DNA from: Spirochaetia bacterium
Lineage (GTDB): Bacteria; Spirochaetota; Spirochaetia; UBA9216
NCBI GenBank assembly: GCA_963677925.2
Contig: CAXXYH010000004.1
Coordinates: 1,568,001 to 1,632,000 of the forward strand
DNA: 64,000 bases
Reading direction: 5' to 3'
The position numbers and the translations under genes were made by a program. Positions 58,710 to 64,000 of the stretch are shown piece after piece; the first letter of the stretch is position 1; the number at the start of each line of letters is the position of its first letter. The notes under the pieces are model-generated. The model was not told the DNA's origin, searched no databases, and worked only from the letters and a program-made list of their open reading frames with translations.

Positions 58710-59723
58710 ATGAATAATAAAATTAAACTTGGAATTATCGGCGCAGGCCGTATAGCAAAGGTTCATGCCGAGAGTATTACATCGGCCATTGCAGCAGCTG
58801 AGATTAAAACTGTTGCCGATCCGTATATAAACGAAGAAACTGAAAAATGGTTCAGGGAAAAAGGCATACCCAATGTTACAAAGAATGCTGCAGATATCTT
58901 TAATGACAGTGAAATCGATGCTGTACTGATCTGTTCTTCAACAGATACACATGCGGAATTTACCAGAAAGGCGGCAGAATGCGGTAAGCATATCTTCTGT
59001 GAAAAGCCTCTTGATCTTGATATCGAACGAATCAAGGAAACCCTGAAAATTGTTGAAGCCGCAGGCGTTAAGTTCCAGATTGGTTTTAACAGACGCTTCG
59101 ATCACAACTTCAAGGCTGTAAGGGATGCAGTTGAAGCAGGTTCCGTGGGTGAACCTCATATTGTGAGAATAACCTCAAGAGACCCGGCGCCGCCTGACCC
59201 CAGATACATTGCTGTTTCCGGCGGTATATTCATGGATATGACTATTCATGATTTTGATATGGTCAGGTACTTAAGCGGCAGCGAAGTTGATGAGATTTAT
59301 GTTCAGGGTGCAGTTCTGGTAGATCCTGAAATTGGAAAGGCAGGCGATATTGATACCGCAGTGATTTCGATGAAACTTCAGAACGGAGCAATTGCAGTAA
59401 TCGACAACTCAAGAAAGGCTGCCTATGGATATGATCAGAGAGCAGAGGTTTTCGGAAGCAAGGGTGCTGTTGAAACCTCAAATGATGCTCCAAGCACTAT
59501 GGTTATGAGCAACGAAGCAGGTGTAACTGCTGAAAAACCACTGTACTTCTTTCTTGAAAGATACATGGAGTCATTCTCACGTGAAGTAAGAATGTTTATT
59601 GATTCAGTAAAGAACGGAACCGAAACACCGGTTGGGGCTCTTGATGCCCTGCGTCCTGTTCAGATAGCAAAGGCTGCACGTGAATCCCTTGATACCGGCA
59701 AGCCTGTAAAAGTTAACTACTAG
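58710..59723 (+). CDS. iolG: myo-inositol 2-dehydrogenase
   Basis: GAGRI, CEKP, GFNRRFD, SRDP, DMTIHDFD, YGYDQRAE, FFLERY. Confidence 0.92.
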   Translation: MNNKIKLGIIGAGRIAKVHAESITSAIAAAEIKTVADPYINEETEKWFREKGIPNVTKNAADIFNDSEIDAVLICSSTDTHAEFTRKAAECGKHIFCEKPLDLDIERIKETLKIVEAAGVKFQIGFNRRFDHNFKAVRDAVEAGSVGEPHIVRITSRDPAPPDPRYIAVSGGIFMDMTIHDFDMVRYLSGSEVDEIYVQGAVLVDPEIGKAGDIDTAVISMKLQNGAIAVIDNSRKAAYGYDQRAEVFGSKGAVETSNDAPSTMVMSNEAGVTAEKPLYFFLERYMESFSREVRMFIDSVKNGTETPVGALDALRPVQIAKAARESLDTGKPVKVNY

Positions 59724-59744
59724 TTTTCCAATAAGGGAGTTTAT

Positions 59745-60557
59745 ATGATTGCAAGAAAAGAAAAACCTTTTACGAAAGGCTATAATTCAATAACCGAGCA
59801 GCATGGGAAACATCCTGAAATGCTGCTTGATTTCGGAATACTGATGCTTGAGAGCGGTGAGGTTCATGAAGATTCTCAGAATAAGGAAAGAGCCTGGCTG
59901 CTTATTAAGGGTGAACTTTCCTTTGAATGGGAAGGTAAAACCGCCTCCGGTAAACGGATTTCATGCTTTGATGAAAATCCGGTAGTTCTTCATGTTCCGG
60001 CAGGTGTTGCTGTTAAAATTACCGCTGCGGCAGACTGTGAGATTGCAGTTGAAGCCTGCGATAATTCAAACAGTTTTAATGCCAGGTTTTACGCTCAGGA
60101 AGATATCAGGTGCGATATTTTCGGTGCCGGTACTCTTAACGAGGCTTCAACCAGGACTGTACGGACTGTATTTGACGGTGAAATTGAGCCGGCTTCAAAT
60201 ATGGTAATGGGCGAGGTTATAAATCATCCGGGAAAGTGGTCGAGCTTTCCTCCCCATGATCATCCGCATCCTGAAATTTATCATTACCGCTTTTTCCCGA
60301 AGCAGGGCTTCGGTGTTTCACTTCTTGAAGAGGATGCCTATGTGGTCAAGGACGGAGATTCAAGTCTGATTTTTCCTGACAAGACACATTCCCAGGTTGC
60401 TTCAGCCGGTTACGCAATGTACTACATCTGGATGATTGCCCACCTTCCCGGCGATAAATGGCTTCCCACAACAAGGTTCTTCAGAAAGGACCATGAATGG
60501 CTTAAGGAAAAGGATGCCAAAATCTGGCCTGAACTTAAGTATTCGGAAGCTGAATAG
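59745..60557 (+). CDS. iolB: 5-deoxy-glucuronate isomerase
   Basis: [25 protein letters not shown]. Confidence 0.9.
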   Translation: MIARKEKPFTKGYNSITEQHGKHPEMLLDFGILMLESGEVHEDSQNKERAWLLIKGELSFEWEGKTASGKRISCFDENPVVLHVPAGVAVKITAAADCEIAVEACDNSNSFNARFYAQEDIRCDIFGAGTLNEASTRTVRTVFDGEIEPASNMVMGEVINHPGKWSSFPPHDHPHPEIYHYRFFPKQGFGVSLLEEDAYVVKDGDSSLIFPDKTHSQVASAGYAMYYIWMIAHLPGDKWLPTTRFFRKDHEWLKEKDAKIWPELKYSEAE

Positions 60558-60573
60558 GAGAACGGGAGAGAAA

Positions 60574-62508
60574 ATGAAAACAGTAAGATTAACAGTAGCC
60601 CAGGCACTTGTCCGTTTCCTCGATAACCAGTGGATTGAGTTCGATGGAAAGCAGAATAAGATGTTCAGAGGGGTTTTTACAATTTTCGGTCACGGAAACG
60701 TAGTCGGTCTTGGACAGGCGCTGGAAGAGGATGCCGGCGAACTCATCGTTCACCAGGGAAAGAATGAGCAGGGTATGGGACATGCCGCCATGGGATTTGC
60801 CAAGCAGATGCTCAGGAAGCAGATCTATGTCTGTACCTCATCTGTCGGACCCGGAGCAGCCAATATGGTTACAGCAGCCGCCAATGCCACGGCAAACAGA
60901 ATTCCTGTACTTTTTCTGCCGGGCGATACCTATGCTACAAGACAGCCGGATCCTGTTCTGCAGCAGGTTGAGAGATTCAGCGACTATACGGTAACCGTAA
61001 ACGATTCATTCAAGGCTGTAAGCCAGTACTGGGACAGGGTAAACCGTCCTGAACAGCTTATGACCGCTATGATAAATGCGGTGAGAGTGCTTACCGATCC
61101 TGCTGACACCGGCGCAGTAACTGTTGCGCTTCCGCAGGATGTTGAGGGAGAGGCATATGATTACCCTGAATCATTTTTTGATAAGCGTGTACATAGAATA
61201 GAAAGAAGACCGCCGACTGATGCTATGATAGCCGATGCGGTTAAGGCGGTTAAGGCTGCCAAAAAGCCGATGCTGATTTGCGGAGGGGGTGTACGCTACT
61301 CTGAGGCTGCCGAAGAATTCAGGAAATTTGCCGAGGAATTCAATATTCCCTTCGGTGAAACCCAGGCAGGCAAGTCCGCAATTGTATGGGATCATGAACT
61401 GAATCTCGGCGGTGTCGGAACAACCGGCAACCTCGCTGCAAATCTTATTGCTCCGGAAGCCGATCTTGTAATCGGAGTGGGTACAAGATATACCGACTTC
61501 ACAACAGCATCTAAATGGCTCTATCAGAATGAAGATGTCAAGTTTGTTAATATAAACGTAGCGCCTTTTGACAGCTACAAGATGGACGCTGTCAGGGTAA
61601 CTGCCGATGCGGGTGCAGCATTATCAAAGCTGACTGATGCACTTAAGGCTGATGGTTATAAGAGCAGCTGGAAGAACGAGATTGCAGACGCCCGGGCCAA
61701 ATGGGCAGCTGAACTGCAGAGGCTCTATGAAATTGATTTTACAGGTGAAGGCTTTGTTCCCGAGGTTGATGGTCAGCGTGATGAGATTCTTCCTGAATTC
61801 TACAGTCAGTTCGGTGCTGCACTCACTCAGACCAAGGTTTTAGGATTGCTTGATGCCAACCTTGCCGATGATTCAATTGTTGTAGGTGCTGCAGGGTCAC
61901 TCCCTGGAGATCTCCAGAGGGTCTGGCGGGCTAAAAGGCCTGAAACATACCATATGGAATACGGTTTTTCATGTATGGGTTATGAAATAAATGCTGCACT
62001 TGGTGTTAAGCTGGCCTGTCCTGAACAGGAAGTATATGCACTGGTCGGAGACGGTTCCTACATGATGCTTCATTCCGAACTGGTTACCGCCGTTCAGGAA
62101 GGCCGGAAGATAAATGTAATTCTTCTGGATAATGCCTCCTTCGGCTGTATCAATAATCTTCAGATGGAGCACGGTCAGGGCAGCTTCGGTACTGAAACCA
62201 GGCATAGAAATCCTGAAACCGGTAAACTTGACGGACCTTTTATCAATATCGATTATGCAATGAGCGCGGCAGCCTACGGCTGTAAAACCTATACTGCCAA
62301 AACAGAGGACGAACTTGTTGCCGCATTGGAAGATGCGAAGAAGCAGACTGTATCAACTCTAATCGACATCAAGGTTCTTCCCAAAACCATGACTCACGGT
62401 TATGAGGCTTTCTGGAGGGTCGGCAGTGCTGAAGTTGCTAAGAATCCCGAGATCGTCAACCTGAACAGGAATATGAAGGAAGAGCTTAAGAAAGCCAGAA
62501 AGTATTAA
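60574..62508 (+). CDS. iolD: 3D-(3,5/4)-trihydroxycyclohexane-1,2-dione acylhydrolase (TPP)
   Basis: [42 protein letters not shown]; ATG 60574. Confidence 0.96.
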   Translation: MKTVRLTVAQALVRFLDNQWIEFDGKQNKMFRGVFTIFGHGNVVGLGQALEEDAGELIVHQGKNEQGMGHAAMGFAKQMLRKQIYVCTSSVGPGAANMVTAAANATANRIPVLFLPGDTYATRQPDPVLQQVERFSDYTVTVNDSFKAVSQYWDRVNRPEQLMTAMINAVRVLTDPADTGAVTVALPQDVEGEAYDYPESFFDKRVHRIERRPPTDAMIADAVKAVKAAKKPMLICGGGVRYSEAAEEFRKFAEEFNIPFGETQAGKSAIVWDHELNLGGVGTTGNLAANLIAPEADLVIGVGTRYTDFTTASKWLYQNEDVKFVNINVAPFDSYKMDAVRVTADAGAALSKLTDALKADGYKSSWKNEIADARAKWAAELQRLYEIDFTGEGFVPEVDGQRDEILPEFYSQFGAALTQTKVLGLLDANLADDSIVVGAAGSLPGDLQRVWRAKRPETYHMEYGFSCMGYEINAALGVKLACPEQEVYALVGDGSYMMLHSELVTAVQEGRKINVILLDNASFGCINNLQMEHGQGSFGTETRHRNPETGKLDGPFINIDYAMSAAAYGCKTYTAKTEDELVAALEDAKKQTVSTLIDIKVLPKTMTHGYEAFWRVGSAEVAKNPEIVNLNRNMKEELKKARKY

Positions 62509-62555
62509 AAATATCTCGCAAAATATTTAATAATTGTTTTATAATCATGATAACC

Positions 62556-62587
62556 GGGGCAGACAAGCTTATTGTTCTGCCCTTTTT
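62556..62587 (+). terminator. terminator after iolD
   Basis: GGGCAGA..TCTGCCC stem plus TTTTT. Confidence 0.65.
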
Positions 62588-62604
62588 ATTACCGTGGAGT
62601 CTTT

Positions 62605-63534
62605 GTGGAAGTGAAACTGTCAAACAAAAAAATGATAGGATGGTCAGTTGTTATTACTCTCTGTGCATTGTCCTGGGGAGGTATTCATCCCTCACTTAAA
62701 AGTGTACTAAATTCGGGCATGGCTCCTTTTCTGGCTGCCTTTCTTCGGTTTTTTATTGCCTCACTGACAACCCTGCCTTTCTGTTTAAAAAAATCAGAGG
62801 GCCGGAAGATGCTTGTTTTCAGGGATGCTGCAGTTATGGCAGTTCTGGGCCTCTACGGCGTAGGTTTCTTCTCACTGCTTTTAAGCTTCGGGCTCAGCTA
62901 CACGAATGCAACGAGCAGTTCGATTCTTATCAATTCCCAGCCTGTTTTCACTGTGTTTCTGGCGGCAGTGCTTCTTAAAGATAAAATAAAGACCCGGCCT
63001 CTGCTTGGTCTGATTCTCGGATGCTTCGGAATTATAATGGTTGTGACAAGGGGAGACTTTACCTCGCTTTCATTTGCCGATGATTATCTGATAGGTAACC
63101 TTATGTGTCTTGCTGGAGCTTTTTTTATCAGTCTGCATTATGTCTACCTGAAAAAATATATAAATATCTACGGATCAACTATTCCAAGTCTGATAACTTC
63201 AGTTTCGGGTGCAATAGTACTGCTTTTTGCCGCAATTGCGGGCGGCGCTGATTTTCGAAGCCTTGCAGATGTAAGTCCTGTCTCATGGCTGCAGATGCTT
63301 TATATAGGGGTTATTGCAACGGGATTATCCAATATTATTTTCAACAAGGCTCTGCATGTAATCGGTATCACAAAGGCTATCGGATTCAAGTTTCTTGTTC
63401 CGGTATTCGGAGTGGTTCTCTCCATTATACTTCTGGGTGAAAGAGCCAATCTCTGGGTTTATCTGGGTATTGCCGTTGTTCTTGCAGCAATAATGTTTAT
63501 ACAGATTCCCGGTAAAGCTAAAAAAAACGGCTGA
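62605..63534 (+). CDS. DMT/EamA family transporter
   Basis: 10 TM, SWG, AFLRF, PVF..LLKDK, LLGER; GTG start after GGAG (start uncertain). Confidence 0.88.
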   Translation: MEVKLSNKKMIGWSVVITLCALSWGGIHPSLKSVLNSGMAPFLAAFLRFFIASLTTLPFCLKKSEGRKMLVFRDAAVMAVLGLYGVGFFSLLLSFGLSYTNATSSSILINSQPVFTVFLAAVLLKDKIKTRPLLGLILGCFGIIMVVTRGDFTSLSFADDYLIGNLMCLAGAFFISLHYVYLKKYINIYGSTIPSLITSVSGAIVLLFAAIAGGADFRSLADVSPVSWLQMLYIGVIATGLSNIIFNKALHVIGITKAIGFKFLVPVFGVVLSIILLGERANLWVYLGIAVVLAAIMFIQIPGKAKKNG

Positions 63535-63555
63535 TTTAGTACTATCAGCCGTTTT
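63524..63555. terminator. hairpin between convergent genes
   Basis: AAAACGGCTGAT/ATCAGCCGTTTT. Confidence 0.7.
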
Positions 63556-63578
63556 CGGTGATCCTCTGAGCTTTTCTA

Positions 63579-63962
63579 TCAGCTTACTTTCTTGTCAATC
63601 TCTCTGAGTTTTTTTGTTGTCTCATTAATTCTGTATTCAATTGAATTAAGCATCCAGAAGATAAAGTGATTATATTTGTGCTGTGAATGTATCATCCATA
63701 CAATTTTGATTGATACAAGCAGGATTGATACTTCGATTGAGATATTACTTGGAAGCCAGTGTGTTGTAACTTCAAGTATGAAAAAAGTGAGAATCAGAAA
63801 GAGAAAGGCAATGTTTATAATATTGTCTCTTTTTGAATATGTCTGTCCCCCGATGCCTCCGATGAGGGTTTTTATTCTTTCTTTTTCCTTGTTGAATTCT
63901 GCTATCTCTTCCTGCAGCTGGAGCTGCTCTTCCTTAAGTTTTTCAAGATGTTCATTGTCCAT
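63579..63962 (-). CDS. hypothetical protein, coiled coil plus 2 TM
   Basis: GGAGG RBS; 127 aa with charged N-terminal helix and two hydrophobic segments. Confidence 0.75.
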   Translation of the reverse strand: MDNEHLEKLKEEQLQLQEEIAEFNKEKERIKTLIGGIGGQTYSKRDNIINIAFLFLILTFFILEVTTHWLPSNISIEVSILLVSIKIVWMIHSQHKYNHFIFWMLNSIEYRINETTKKLREIDKKVS

Positions 63963-64000
63963 TTTATGCGCCTCCGTGAGTGGAATTATACCAGTATACT

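Noticed and set aside
60436-60573. N-terminal extensions of iolD (and of the moeB-like, rhomboid and SBP ORFs)
   Set aside because: Downstream ATGs match family N-termini, usually with an SD; most of the extensions overlap neighbouring genes or promoters.

Overview
This is a gene-dense bacterial chromosomal window, most likely from a free-living anaerobic spirochaete (inferred from prfA-prmC-rel synteny, spirochaete-style lipoprotein and solute-binding signal peptides, and multi-TM MCP). No integrase, transposase, reverse transcriptase, rRNA or CRISPR array was seen. Contents: two FGE/CLec-fold surface proteins flanking mscS; an unusual two-gene membrane signalling locus (stand-alone MASE9-like sensor plus an internally duplicated TM/Cys4-winged-helix protein); housekeeping genes (ettA, ychF, prfA, prmC, rel, trmJ-like, rlmD-like, tRNA-Arg(CCG)); a GABA/4-hydroxybutyrate fermentation operon with a divergent, frameshifted Na+/solute symporter; a metal-chelate ABC transporter next to a hairpin-rich intergenic region; a DUF285/BspA lipoprotein; glpK-cls; and a myo-inositol cluster (ABC transporter, two iolG, LacI, iolE, iolB, iolD). 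The inositol cluster lacks iolC, iolJ and iolA but has a divergent transaldolase-family gene with a non-canonical active site. The best candidate novel systems are a kinase-free, transaldolase-dependent inositol pathway and the MASE9/Cys-wHTH transmembrane regulator pair. All family assignments come from motif recognition by eye, not database searches.
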